From Flectonema sp. DT1601 (taxonomy: Eukaryota), in assembly GCA_964019425.1 (NCBI GenBank), contig OZ025788.1:992001-1056000 (forward strand): 64,000 nucleotides of DNA. The letters are read 5' to 3'. A model generated the notes under the pieces. The model was given only the letters and a program-made list of their open reading frames with translations. It was not told the origin of the DNA and did not search any database. The position numbers and the translations under genes were made by a program. This document shows positions 11,400-23,836 of this stretch, one piece after another. Numbering within the stretch: position 1 is the first letter of the stretch; each line of letters opens with the position of its first letter.

Positions 11400-12580
11400 A
11401 CCTGTTGGTACTGATGTCGGTATCGCTGTTCCAACCGGTGCCAGTGTTGGTACCAACGTTGGTTCCAGTGTTGGTATCAAAGTCGGTGCCAGTGTGGGTA
11501 CCAACGTCGGTGCTAGTGTTGGTACCACAGTCGGTATTGCCGTTGGTGCGATAGTTGATGGGATACAACTCCCCGCCCAAGTACACAAATCTGTATCCCG
11601 ACATGCTGTCTCCACAAGGAATTCCTCACAAGATGAAAAGATAACTATTGTCTTAACAATGTCTGATAGGTTACTATTAAGAGTACCAACCCCTCCCCAT
11701 TCACACAAGTACTTTTCATTTAAGTTTGAAATGAGGGGGAAGTCTGACCATCCTTTATCAGAATAAGTGTATAAATAATCCTCACCAGTTGTAAGGCAGG
11801 ATCCGCTGAATTGAGAACATAGACTTCTTTTATTATTTGGTTCACCAAGTCCAGTTACTGAAAAGAATATTCGATCCTCCCGAACGGAATAGACTGCCTT
11901 GTCCACATTGAGGATATGCTGCGCTATCGCAGCCCATCATTTTTCTTGCAATTGGTCCCATGTCGCAGCTGGAGCGGGCTGCTGATGTGAGGCTGGTGTT
12001 GTAAGGAGGACAGCCTTCTGGTCCAGCGGCCCAAACCCAATCTCCCTCTACGGCAGTGTCAGTTCCTCCAGTTATCCCGCTGAGGTCTTTTTGCCGAATA
12101 AAATCGTTCTCGTTTTGAGACGTCACAGTCACCAAATATCCCACCAGCCCAAAGTAATCATTTGATGCTAACGAACACATTGTTCTCGCTTCTCCCCAGT
12201 TACATGTCGGGTTACAAGTTGCGGAACCATAAAAGTGTTGATTCACACTATTATAGAAAAGTTTTCCTCAATTATATCTAATTGTTCTAGTGCCGTTACT
12301 TACTGCTTTGAATTTGATATCCCTCAGAATAGATGTAAACTGTTTAACTGTTCCTGCACCGTTGAGGATATATCGTCCTCCTTGAGAAACTTGAAAAACA
12401 CAGTTTTGACAGAGAATATCATCTCCGGGAATGAATCCATCAATAACTTCTATCGTGACTCCATCTATGATTTCATTGCAGGCAGCTCCACAGTCGACGT
12501 TTGGAAAGAGTTTTCATGAATACATCCGTACTATACATCACACTCAGAGTGATCGGGAGTAGTAACGCTATCCCCGACAT
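11400..12580 (-). pseudogene. Disrupted C-type-lectin plus Thr/Pro-rich stalk surface protein gene
   Basis: Signal-like start at ATG 12580; frameshift near 12515; in-frame TGA at 12268-12270 (RYN*GKLFY); CTL motifs HFY..W.EA..C, GYLVTVTSQNENDFI, EGDWVW; second frameshift near 11845 before GEPNN..EDY..W.D..YLCEW; then PTLV/PTLA repeats. Confidence 0.75.
11401..11560 (-). repeat. Coding minisatellite, ~12-nt unit encoding PT(A/L/V)(I/V/A/E)
   Basis: Translation PSTIAPTAIPTVVPTLAPTLVPTLAPTLIPTLEPTLVPTLAP. Confidence 0.85.
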
Positions 12581-15329
12581 TGTCCATTGACTGAAAGAGA
12601 GAGATAGAGATAGAGAAAGAACATTAAATTTAATTTGAGAACTCGGGATCCATCTTGACAAAATATAACCTGTTGTAAGAAAATAATACGGAATTATCAA
12701 AATAACACGAAAGAAAAAAAAGATTTTCTCATTGAGACAGGAAAAGGAGGACTTTGGGAATTATGACCGGGGGGGATAACTTCGCAAGTATGGCAACTGG
12801 AACCAAGCCAATAAGAATTCCAGTAAAGATAAATCCTTTAATTCCAACAAAAAGCAAAAAGGTGAATTAAATGATGACAATGCTAGACTGACATGTTCCC
12901 AGATTGCGGAAAAAAAAATAACAACCTCCGTAAAAAAAAAAGTTTCTTTTTTTTTTTTAACAATAATTCCCAAAGCCAAAGAAAAAAAAAAAGACACAAC
13001 AAGTCCTCCCATCACATAATTTAAGTTGACGGCTTGAAACCCCTCAACATAGAGAATATATCAGGGGGGAAGGGAAAGGGAAAAGAAAAGGGAAAAAAAA
13101 AAACACAGAAACTGAAGGTCACTTGCGCAGAAAGATAATAAGGGTACTTAGATTAGGAGAGGAGAATAACCAAGAAGAGGTTTTCACCCCTAACTCAGTT
13201 TCTGGGCTTAGTGTGCCAAAACCGTTGCTGATGCCACAGAAAATAAACAGGTTCTGCAAGCTACCAACAAAATATTTTCAGCTAAAGGAGAATAAAAAAT
13301 TATTGACAAACAGCCTTACCTCCCTCCTGTAAGTGAAGTCAACTTCAATTTTGCAGACAAAAAGGAGTAAAAATAGAGAGGAAGACTTTGCAAGCGAACG
13401 ACTTCAGGGAAAGGGAGGAAAATGGAGGGGGGGGGAAAAAAGTCCTACTTAAAGTACTAATTAAAAAAATTGCAAAAAAAAAAAAAAAAAAAATTAAAAA
13501 TTTATATTCTCCTCTGTTGCCTTTCTTGTTATTGTTTTTTTTTTGTTTTTTGCTGTCGCATTATACCTTTTTCCCAATAACACTACAAGCTGTTGCAGAA
13601 TTGAAGAAAGAAAACACTTTTCATCCACCACTCGATAGATAGATGGATAGATTACTCACTATCAAAATCTCGAATTGGATGAAAAAAAAAAAAAAAGAAA
13701 ATGTAAACCCTTTGAGAAGACAGGCAAGGAAATACAATTTAAAACAAGAAAAGAAATTAAACCGGTTGAAGCAAACAATTGTTTAAGCAAGCCTTAGTAA
13801 AAATCAAAAAAAAAAAAAAAAAAAAAAAAACTGCCATGGAAAGTAATGACCTAATGCGCGTCTTCAATATGTCATTCAACAATAACAAGCTGCTACGAAG
13901 TATTACTACGACCAAAAGAGAAAAAAAAAAAAAAAAAAAAAAAAAGTCCGAAACGCAAGACAGGGGAGGTGGGTTCAAAACCAACAAACAGGTTAGCCTC
14001 TGATAAGAATCATCCTTTCATTATTAGTTCCTGGCACCGCAGTGTGTTAATACACTTGACAACCAGAAAAATTAAGTTACAGAAAGTCAAAAGAATGAGA
14101 ATTCACTAATTTGATTGTCGTTTTCCCTCACAAAAAAAATTCTATTCTTTTTTTTTGTGCTACCATAACTAATTGGGGGGGAAAAAGAAAAAAAAACTAG
14201 AAAAAAGAAAACGCATCCCCCACTTGCCACGAATTTCCTTTTTTTATTTATCAAAAGTCAGGGCAGACAAAACCTCCGAAAAAGCTCACAGGTGTGTAAA
14301 CCATTCGGTACTACAACGTGAGACTCACAGGCGAGAAGATATGAGGAAAAACCAGAAACTAATGTCTACCCAGCCCCACTGCATGCACGAAGCAAGCAAT
14401 GTAAGATGTTTATTATTGTGACAGCTACTAATAAATTGAATACATGGAGAAGTAATTTTTTATTATTATTATTTTTTTTTGTTGCACGCCATGAGAACTC
14501 ATAAAGCAAACAACAACAGCACCCGCACGTAAACATCTAAAGGGATACTTGAGTCTTTAATAAAAAAACGTTACAGCATCAATTATGAAGCGTCGACAAC
14601 AAAAAAGGAAAGAACCGAAGCAAACCGAGGATGGGAAAAAGAAATATGTTCACTATTGTTTGAAGGGGAAGGATAATTTTTTAAGGGGGAAAAGTTCACA
14701 AATATGAAACTTATTCCAATACATGATGTTTAAATAAGCATATTTTGTGATCTTTGTAAGAGCTGGGTGATACACATCAAAATATCGATTTTTTTGCAAC
14801 ACCCTGTGTCTGCAAAGTGGCTAGAACCATCTGAGATAGCTTTGTTTTCCCGTTGCCTAGGCTCATTTTCCAATAGTAGTCGGCAGACAGAGATATGTGA
14901 AAAGTTCAAATCTGAGGGGGAAAAACAGGAGGGAAAAGAGCAGTCTGCAGGCCATATGGTCTTTTTTTTTCGGTAACAATAACGAAAGATTTCACGCGTT
15001 TAATTGACCGAACTGTGTTCCAGAAATAATTACACGCAGCCCTGCAGTTAAAGAAAAGTATCAACGTAATTCATACAGGCTGATCTGAACAATACTTGTC
15101 ACACAGTTTATTAGTTATTGTCTTCAATGTATTTTCTGGGGCACGTAAACATCAGAAATAATTAAAATCCGTAAATCCGTTGCGTTCCTAAACATAAATT
15201 CCTTTTCCCCGAATTGTTTGAAGCCTTAGCTCAGAAGAAGGAAAGAAAGCGAAACAGGTATTGCAATGGAAAAAGGCCGAGTATAACATAACAAAGAAAC
15301 ACTCAGGCCAAACAAGGACTATTAAGATT

Positions 15330-15462
15330 GCCTTATATTTCGTTGAACGCAGACAGAATCCTGTCGCACAGGGGAAAATAAATCATGACCCTAAGAAATA
15401 ACGGCTTTTCAAACTGAGTAATGTCTCTTCCGACTACGTCGGTACAAAAAAAAAAAAAAAAA
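15330..15462. repeat. Dispersed element copy 1 (hairpin CCGAC-TAC-GTCGG plus poly-A)
   Basis: Colinear blocks shared with 46166-46295: GCCTTAT..GTTGA.CGCAG..CTG.CGCACAGGG..AAATAACGGCT..CTGA..TCCGACT.CGTCGGT.CAAAAA. Confidence 0.8.
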
Positions 15463-17156
15463 CAGCTGAGGAACACCGTTTTTTTTTTTTCTTTTTTTTT
15501 TTTCGGTAGCTAATATAAGAAGCAAAATCAACTGCAAGTACCCCTTTCACAATCACAAATAGTCGATGCTATAAGATGCTCTCGACTTTGATATAAGAAT
15601 ACCTGTTTGATATGAACATTAAAATTATCTTTTTTTTTTTTTTTTTTCTTTTAAGAGTTCAGTTGGCGTGCTGGGGGTTTATTCACATGTTTGCAAACAT
15701 CATCCTCGCAAAGAACAAAAGACGCAGAAGATTGCACCAGTTGAACGGCAAGAGTGCAGCACTGAAGGAAAGACGATTACTTAATTAGAAAGAATTGAAG
15801 AAAAAACAGACACAAAAAAGGAGAAAAAAATTAACGATTTCAAAAAAAAAAAAAAAAAAAAAAAAATGGCATTTCTCAATCCCCACACACACAATGAACA
15901 ACAGTTATAACACTATTCGTATCGGAACTGTTGTTACGAGACGTGTTATCAGTGGAAAAAAAACTAAAATGCTATTTTGCCAATCCACTTAGCGTGCCCG
16001 AAGGCAAACCGCCTGATCAGCCAAGGTTGCTGTCAGGATCTTCGAATTTGCAACCAATAGGTAGTTGTAAAAGGAAGGTAAGGGTTAACAGGATGAGCAT
16101 ACTTATAAAGACATAAGTATATTTATTGTATCAAGATTAACTAATATAAAACATTAGTAATGTATGAGACAATGGATAGTTGGTTTAAAGGGAGGGAGAG
16201 TGGAGATAGGGGGGAAAAAAAAAGTACACAAACAATACTGCAATTGGTTTGCAGATGGAAGAAACTATTTTTAAAAATAAAATCCCATCATAGATGGGAA
16301 GGAGAATGCAGAGCAATCAAGGTCACTACATCAGAACCGGGCTCAAACATGAGCCCAAGCACCGATAAAGCAACTAGGCCAAGCATGCGAGTGGTGGGTT
16401 GGGTTTCTTAGAAATAATTGTTAGAAGCAAGTACAAACAATGTGTTATTTTTTATTTTTTTTAATAATATTATTTTTTTCTTCGCACTACTATGAACCCC
16501 TGTCAGAAGAAGAGGGATCGAGCATCGCAAAATTAAAAAACTAAAACTCCAGGACATATTCTCAAGGAGAATTTTTTTTCTTTTTTTTTCAAGAATCTCA
16601 CTTGTTGACATCAACGGTACAATCGTCAGCCTCCAATGGTGCCTTCACGTTCCACCTAAAGGGTAAAATGCTAGTAGAGCCACCAAGCTGATAAGAAAAT
16701 CAGCCAAAGACACATCGGCAGTATGACGGCTAGTGAATGTTTCAAGTGCTCATAGGAGCTGGATAGACACCCGGAATAGTTTTTTTCCGTCGGCAAAAAA
16801 CAAGCTTCCTACCCCTCAAGTCCCATTGGGTTCGAAGGTAAGAAATATTTATTGGACAGAAAAACGGATTTCTCCGCGATGGGGGATAGAGAACATAAAG
16901 GTCAAGTAAACCATAAAATCGATATCGGTACAGTAAAAGATAAAGCAGGTTTTTGAGGCTTGGGTTGGGAGGCACAGAATACACAGCGATTATTTGGCGA
17001 CACTAAAGTCTGTCGCACTCATAGTTAGCCTCACGACCCTCTTGAGTTGCAAATAACGTGTGGGATGTCCGAGGCAAGCATCAGTAAAGTTTTGCAAGAG
17101 TATTTTTCTTTTTTTTTTTGATTCTGATTTTCTAAAAAAAGATCTTTTTTAAACTG

Positions 17157-17190
<34 letters not shown>

Positions 17191-17629
17191 CTGTATTTTT
17201 CTTATTTTTCTATGTTCTCTTCGTTCATGATATTTCTTACTCTCTGTTCCCTGTCTAGTCTAAGCTTAAGCAAAAAAAGTAGAAGAGGGCAGAATGAGAA
17301 TGAAAAGTAAAACAAAATAAAATAAAACAAAATAAGTGGCAAAGAAGCACTTAGACTGATGAGGGAACGCAATCATCAATATCACCCACAGCTTATGCAG
17401 CTAGCGAGCAAAGTAAGCGTAAAAATAAAAAGGTAACGCATGAGACAATATCTTAGGCATGCGAAGAAAGAAAAAAAAGAATTAAAAAAAGATATCCTCT
17501 CTCGTCCATTTAAAAGGACGAGAAAAAAAAAAAGTAATACACTGGTATTTATAAAGTTCTTTCTAAAGTACAATTTTAATAACTTTTTTTGGTTCCGATG
17601 GAATAACCAAATCTGGCTAGAGAAAGGTT

Positions 17630-18595
17630 CTAGACGAGTGGGTCCTCTTTGTCAGGCCCGTTGTTTTCGTTTTGCTGAACCTGCTCTTCTTCGTTCAACT
17701 GAATTGGCTCTTCTTCTGGGGCCTTCTTGTTGAGCACTAAAGCCACGACACCGACAACGATAGCAATTAGTGCTGCGCTTCCAAAAGCAATTCCAAAGAT
17801 GGCTCCGTATGAAAGATCATCCCCAGAGCTTCTGTTGACAATGACAACACCTGTACCATCTGGTTGTGGGACAGCTGTTGCAACAACACCAACTGGAGGA
17901 GTAACAACACACTGAGATGGAGCAGTAATAGATCCTGATGTAACAAGAGTGAATCCAGTAATACAACTTAGAGGCTGACACAATCCATTAATCAATACAG
18001 TTGTAGCAACTGGTGAAACAGCGGTACAGGTAGGAGCCAAAATAACCTTCTGACCAGTAACAACAGGTGCTCCAAATGGGTTGTTGTTGTCGTTAGCAAG
18101 CATCTCAGAGAAACCTCTCTTACCAGCCAACCGAGTCCTTCCCTTAATAGTCATGTGAATGGATCCACAAAGGACTGGAGTGAATTCTAAGTTTGTAAGT
18201 TCGAAGAAGGCGACTGCTGCTTCGACGATAGCAGCATCAAAGGCAACTGGTCTGTTCTCGCAATCGATAGTCTGCGAGTTCCATACAATGGCGTAAATCA
18301 TATCAAATTCAGTAAATCCTGCGTTCTGAGGAACACAAGCCCAACCAGTGAAGTCAGCGCCCAATGCAATACCTGGATCCTCGTATGATCCTGAGCAAAC
18401 ACAACTACCAGAATTACATTGAATATCACTACCAGCATCCGCTGGGAAGTTACCTACAAAACAATTCTGAGCGGTACTGCACCAACCCTGAAAAATATCC
18501 CTACCGACTTCCTCAGGGGCAACATCTTCAACTGGCGCGTCCTGGGCATGGGCTGCCATCAATAAGACAGCTGCGGAAACAATACGAAGAGACAT
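17630..18595 (-). CDS. Type I membrane protein (signal peptide, Cys-rich EGF-like module, TM), paralog A
   Basis: Signal MSLRIVSAAVLLMAAHA; WC..AQNC..IQC.SGSCVC; TM AIFGIAFGSAALIAIVVGVVALVL followed by KK. Clearly homologous to 22874-23836. Confidence 0.85.
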   Translation of the reverse strand: MSLRIVSAAVLLMAAHAQDAPVEDVAPEEVGRDIFQGWCSTAQNCFVGNFPADAGSDIQCNSGSCVCSGSYEDPGIALGADFTGWACVPQNAGFTEFDMIYAIVWNSQTIDCENRPVAFDAAIVEAAVAFFELTNLEFTPVLCGSIHMTIKGRTRLAGKRGFSEMLANDNNNPFGAPVVTGQKVILAPTCTAVSPVATTVLINGLCQPLSCITGFTLVTSGSITAPSQCVVTPPVGVVATAVPQPDGTGVVIVNRSSGDDLSYGAIFGIAFGSAALIAIVVGVVALVLNKKAPEEEPIQLNEEEQVQQNENNGPDKEDPLV

Positions 18596-19592
18596 GGTTT
18601 GTTTTTTGTTGATAAAAATTAACTAAGTAGCTGTTAGGAGAGAGCGATAACTTCAATGCAATATACGACACTACGAAATGAGCAATTAATTCCACTTCAC
18701 TATTGAGTAACTATTCATATGAACACCTGTTAAGGGACAAGAAGTATAAGCGATCAGGAATACGATCAATTAAGCTTGCAAAAAAGGATCTGCTTCTTCG
18801 AGACGATTGCCGTATTGTTGGCTTCTTAATACGATCCGTTCTCTTCATATCTCTCTTCAGTTGTTCTCAACCATCTCGAACGGTGAAAATAATTCACTTC
18901 AAAAATAGTGATAGAAAAAAAAAAGAGAGGAAGGAGAAGGAAACAAAGAAAAAGAAAAACCACAGCAGTCGCAATTTCATTTCAATTCACTTAAAATTCT
19001 TTTTTTTCTTTTTTTTCCTTTTTTTTTTTTTTTTTGGGTTGCATTTACTGTGGAAGTCGCAACGTAAGAAAACCGAAAAAAAAAAAAAAAGGAAGCAATA
19101 GGATAAAGGCGTTCTGCAACCCCAATCCTTATGCTTCTACTATTCCAACACTAGACTGTAGTACAATAAGTCAGCCACTGATTCGACAAGTTGCGTCAAT
19201 CAGTGTAACGACTTTGTTCGTATTAGCGAGAGTCATCACAAATAAATAAAATAATCAAATCAAATCAAATCAAATCAATAAAATCGTAAAGACATTAACT
19301 AATAATGGTTTTTTTTTGGTTTCTAAAAAAATTTAAAAAATATTTTTCTTTTGGACCATTACCCCTTAACTCTACTCATCGTGTTTGCCGCAGACTACAC
19401 CAGCGTGATTAAAAAATTATTACGTCACCATCTAATGCTATCTTGCAAGTCACCAGTACCAATGACTGGGTAATTAGCACCAGTACATGACCCCATCACG
19501 GAGATTAGGTTTTCCTTTCAAAGTTGCAGCAGGAAGCATTAAATTCTAGCTGTCTACCTTGTCCAGAATTAACAGGTTCAAAACAACAAAGA

Positions 19593-19710
19593 AAATAAAT
19601 GATCAGGGGGGGAATTTAAAACGATACGAAAAGGGGATACTCGGATAAATAAAGCAAGGGGAGATTTGATATGATACGAAAGGATTCAAAAATAAATCAA
19701 GGGGAGGGGG
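19593..19710. repeat. Degenerate ~45-50 bp tandem repeat, ~2.5 copies
   Basis: AAATAAA..AGGGG..ATTT..GATACGAAA.GGAT motif recurs. Confidence 0.5.
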
Positions 19711-21816
19711 TATAATGTTAGTTAGCAAGTCCAGAGCTGATGACTACGAGGGGTCCGGGTAGCCCGCATCAGTAAGGACTCAATCGCGAAGATTTCAGTT
19801 TTATAGTTTCGGCTGGAAGTGATCGAGCTCCCACCTTCCAGAGGCTAACAGGTTGAAAATAACTAAAGAAAATAAAAGAGAAATGATCTGGGAATGAGGA
19901 AAGGTGAAAAAAAAAATGATCTTTTTATTCCATAAACATCTTTTTTTATAATACGACCATGCGTGCCCACATTCCACGAAAAAAAATAGAAACCCCCGGA
20001 ACCAGTGCCGAGGATAGTTCACCCCAGCATTATAATTGTACCGTGGGCTTACCGAAAGCTTTAGAAAAGCACCACAAAAATTGGGCAGCACATAGTTTTA
20101 TCACTCAGCAAGAAATGAAAATCAAAAAGATCAGGTAAGGACAGTCAGTTTATAGTCATAACTGCGTCGGACGCTATATTTAAATTAATACAAGAGCAGT
20201 ATCAAAGTTGATCAGGAGAAGGGATGGGAAATAAATAAAGTTTCGACATAAAAACCTTTCTTCACATGTGTCGAATGCTGTCATACCACTAAAGGAAATT
20301 TAAATAAAAACCCCCAGAACATCATCAGGGACGGTCGTCCCTAATTGTCCGAAAATATTGATATCGCAAGGGGCTCAAAGGCTTTTAAATAAAAACTATC
20401 ACACTATTCCCAGTTTGAAAACATCAGTTGGGAAGATATTTTTTTTTAAAAAAAAATGGTCATCTCTCATTCACTCTCTCGGAAGACCAATCTTAAATTA
20501 ATCAACAGCACAGTTTTCGACTTGGACTACGAAACTAAATTTACTCCGAAAAAAATACACAAAAAAGTTCATGACATAAGTGAGAGCCGATGATACCAAG
20601 TGTAGTCCCCTACGCTAATCAACTACCTCAACATGAACCACTGTAACAAAACTGATCACATAAAAATGGCTAACCGGAAAAAAAAAAATTAATGGAATAA
20701 TAGGAATTAATTGATTCTGTAGTTTTTTGTTTTTTTTTTGGAAAAAAAAAGAAAAACGAAATGGTTTAGTATATGGGTAACCAAAGAGTGGACTACCATA
20801 AAAAGCAGCAGCCTTGACAGGCTCTTCATTGGAACTACCCGTCACTGCCACAACGAAATTCTTTATTGTTTGGACAACGGTTTTTCAAGATGAGTTTTTT
20901 TTTCTTTTTTTTGTTATAAATCATTGGCGAGATTCAAAAATAAAAACCCATAACACTACTCATTGCGCATCACCGATGTGCATCACGCATACAGAAACTA
21001 TGAAACATCATGTAAACTCCATAGGCTACGAAGCAACACCAACAAAAGGAACATAAAAATTAATTGGTATATTATTCTGAAGGATAATTTGAAATAAGGA
21101 CAGATAAGGAACCAATACAGCATCGCTGATACAGTAAACTAAGGGGCGGCTCTTTAGAGCAAAGAGGCAACAGCAACGTAATTAGACCCAATCTTAGCAT
21201 TGCTAGGACTGTTATGGTGTAGCTTAGGCTGACGGTATGCCTTTGTCAGCTTTCCATCATGTTTGAGGAAGATTATAGTTTGAAAGCGTATGATAAAATT
21301 GAGGTTCTGTTTGTGGGTCTCACACACCGAGAGATTAAAACTGTCAGCGGCAATGTTAACTATTGTAGGGAGGAAAAAAAAAAAAAAAAAAAAAAAAAAA
21401 TGAAGACTGAATTTAACAAATAGATAACATGATATAGACGGGGTGTTGAATGTTTTGAGTATATTTAAGAAAATAAAAAAATATATAGATTGGATTGGAT
21501 TGGATTGTATCAAAGTTAACTAAAATAAAACGTTAGTCAGTTATGATCTAAATAGACTAAAAAATTAATATTTAGAAAAGGTAAACACCCCGCAGATGAC
21601 GTAAAGGATTTTCACATTATAAATAATGGTTCTGCACATCTCCTTTTTTTTTTTGCGAGTTATCATTTAGTGATCGAGGGGGGAATTATGGAAGTTCATT
21701 GTAACAAGCTTATAAAGAGAGAACCAACCTGATTTTCTTAAGTACAGGTATAAAATTCTTCTTCCTCAGCAGCAACTTACACAAATGTGTCTTAATCTAG
21801 CTTCATTGGACTACAA

Positions 21817-22043
21817 CAACAACCAAGAACCATAGTTAGAATTAATGATTATCAGTCAAAAGAAGGGGGAAATTCAATCGAATGCAAAAGTTCGTAGTGG
21901 CTTCGGGCTAAAACTAAAAAATCTTTCTTCGGACCATTCCCCCTTACCTAGCCTCTTCAGCGAAGAAAGTAAGGGGGGCACTGCGGTGTCAGGCCTGTCC
22001 TACTTATCGCTTTTGCCCAACAACCAAGAACCATAGTTAGAAT
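21817..22043. repeat. Perfect 26-bp direct repeat flanking a 175-bp segment
   Basis: CAACAACCAAGAACCATAGTTAGAAT at 21817-21842 and 22018-22043. Confidence 0.9.
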
Positions 22044-22873
22044 AGTTAGTAAACTATACTCCAATGAAGAGAGGAGGGAATAATAATTTCTTTGTCAAGA
22101 TACCAACGAGGAAAAATCTCATTGTCGCTCGAATATTTAAAGAAAAAGGAAGAGGAAAAAAATAAAGCTGCAAAAAAAAAAAAAAAAAAAAAAAAAGTTG
22201 TTCGTTTGCGCGTGAAACATAATAGTTTTCAAAATTGCTGCCAACCAACATTTCTTTTTTCTTTTTTTTTTAGTCAAATTTTATAATAAGAATATAACTT
22301 ATGTTCTTATTATTATTTTATTTTTCCCTTTTAAAAAAAATGAAAACGCCTTCTACAATTAGGTTGTCGAGGACAGAAGGGTGCGGGAGAGAGAGAGAGA
22401 GAATACAGAAACGAACGATACTCTCTGCAATATAATATTCTGCACTTTCAACTGTCGAAAGTAGGGGGAATGAATTCAACCGGCGATGATAACGACAGAC
22501 GCCCTTCCATTCCTGTACAATATGAATGATCGCAATCAGCCATACGGAAAGAAAAAAAAAAAAAAAAAAAAAACAGAAACAGCAACAGCAACTGGAGACG
22601 TGTCTCACAGAAAAGAAGTCTACATAAATATAATTTTCATTAAAAAAAAAAATTGCCAAAAGGCATGAAAAAGGATTGAGAACAACGGGAGTGGGAGGGA
22701 GAAGGGAGAGAGGAAATTGAGTCAAACTCGCATAACAAGTTTCACTACTGAAAAATAATGCTCACAATTAGGCCAATCCGCCTAAAATCTGCAGGCATGG
22801 ATTATAAAAGGAAAACAGAGAGGAATTTAAAAATAAAAAACAATAAGAAAGGAGGCTACTCCAATCATATATT

Positions 22874-23836
22874 TCAAACAATGATGTCACCTTCCTCAGT
22901 GTCCGGTCCGTTGTTTATTTGAATTTGAGTGCTTGGATATTCGTGATGCTCTACAGTTTGTTTATCTCTTACACAATACGCTACAACAGCGATAATAGCT
23001 GCAACGAAGACTGCAGTTCCGAATGCAATTCCAAAGATACCAGCAGTCGATATACCGTCATCAGATACTGGGACGACACGAACACCAGGAGACTCACCTG
23101 GTTGTGGAGTTCCTGGTAAAGGTGTTGCTGGAGGAGTTACCTCACACGTTGATAGTTTAGTGATGTCACTAGACACTAATAAGGTGTTTCCACTAACACA
23201 CGATAGAGGTTGGCACAACCCAGAGAGTAAGGCGCTCGATGCAACAGGTGCTACAACATTACATGATCTCACAGCTATCGCTACTCTTTCTCCTGTTACA
23301 GTTGGAGCTCCGAATGGATTAACGTTGTTGTTCGCAAAGAAGTTTGAAAAACCAGTCTTACCAGCCATCCGAGTCTTTCCTCTTCCGATAAAATGAATAG
23401 ATCCACAATACGCTGCTGACAAAAAAAAATCAGTCATTTGAAAGAAATTAATAATTTCCTGTAAAAGAACAGCATCAAATGACGGTGGTCTCCTTCTGCA
23501 GTCGAGGTTTGCATCATTCCAAGCAAATGTGAACTCCATGTCAATCAATGGAGGCTGTTCACCTTGAGCAACGCAAGCCCATCCAGTAAATTCAGCACCC
23601 AGTGTGGCTCCAGGGTCTTCATAAGATCCAGCACATACACATGAACCAGATACGCATTGGATGTCATTTCCAACATTAGAAGGGAACGTTCCCTCAAGGC
23701 AATCAGATGCAACAGTACACCAGGGTTTGAAAACATCACCTCCTAATTCCTCAGGTGCTACTTCATCTGCTGGAGGATCATCCAGTTGACTCTGGACGGC
23801 CACAAATAATGCAACAGCTGCAGTAAAACGGAACAT
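22874..23836 (-). CDS. Type I membrane protein, paralog B
   Basis: Same architecture and motifs as 17630-18595 (SGSCVC.GSYEDPG..LGA.FTGWACV, CGSIH, GLCQPLSC, IFGIAFG, NNGPD). Confidence 0.85.
   Translation of the reverse strand: MFRFTAAVALFVAVQSQLDDPPADEVAPEELGGDVFKPWCTVASDCLEGTFPSNVGNDIQCVSGSCVCAGSYEDPGATLGAEFTGWACVAQGEQPPLIDMEFTFAWNDANLDCRRRPPSFDAVLLQEIINFFQMTDFFLSAAYCGSIHFIGRGKTRMAGKTGFSNFFANNNVNPFGAPTVTGERVAIAVRSCNVVAPVASSALLSGLCQPLSCVSGNTLLVSSDITKLSTCEVTPPATPLPGTPQPGESPGVRVVPVSDDGISTAGIFGIAFGTAVFVAAIIAVVAYCVRDKQTVEHHEYPSTQIQINNGPDTEEGDIIV

Noticed and set aside
12268..12270. In-frame TGA as evidence of recoding (Trp or Sec)
   Set aside because: The same gene has two frameshifts, and TGA terminates intact genes here (e.g. 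ABC transporter at 2272, giant protein at 48341).
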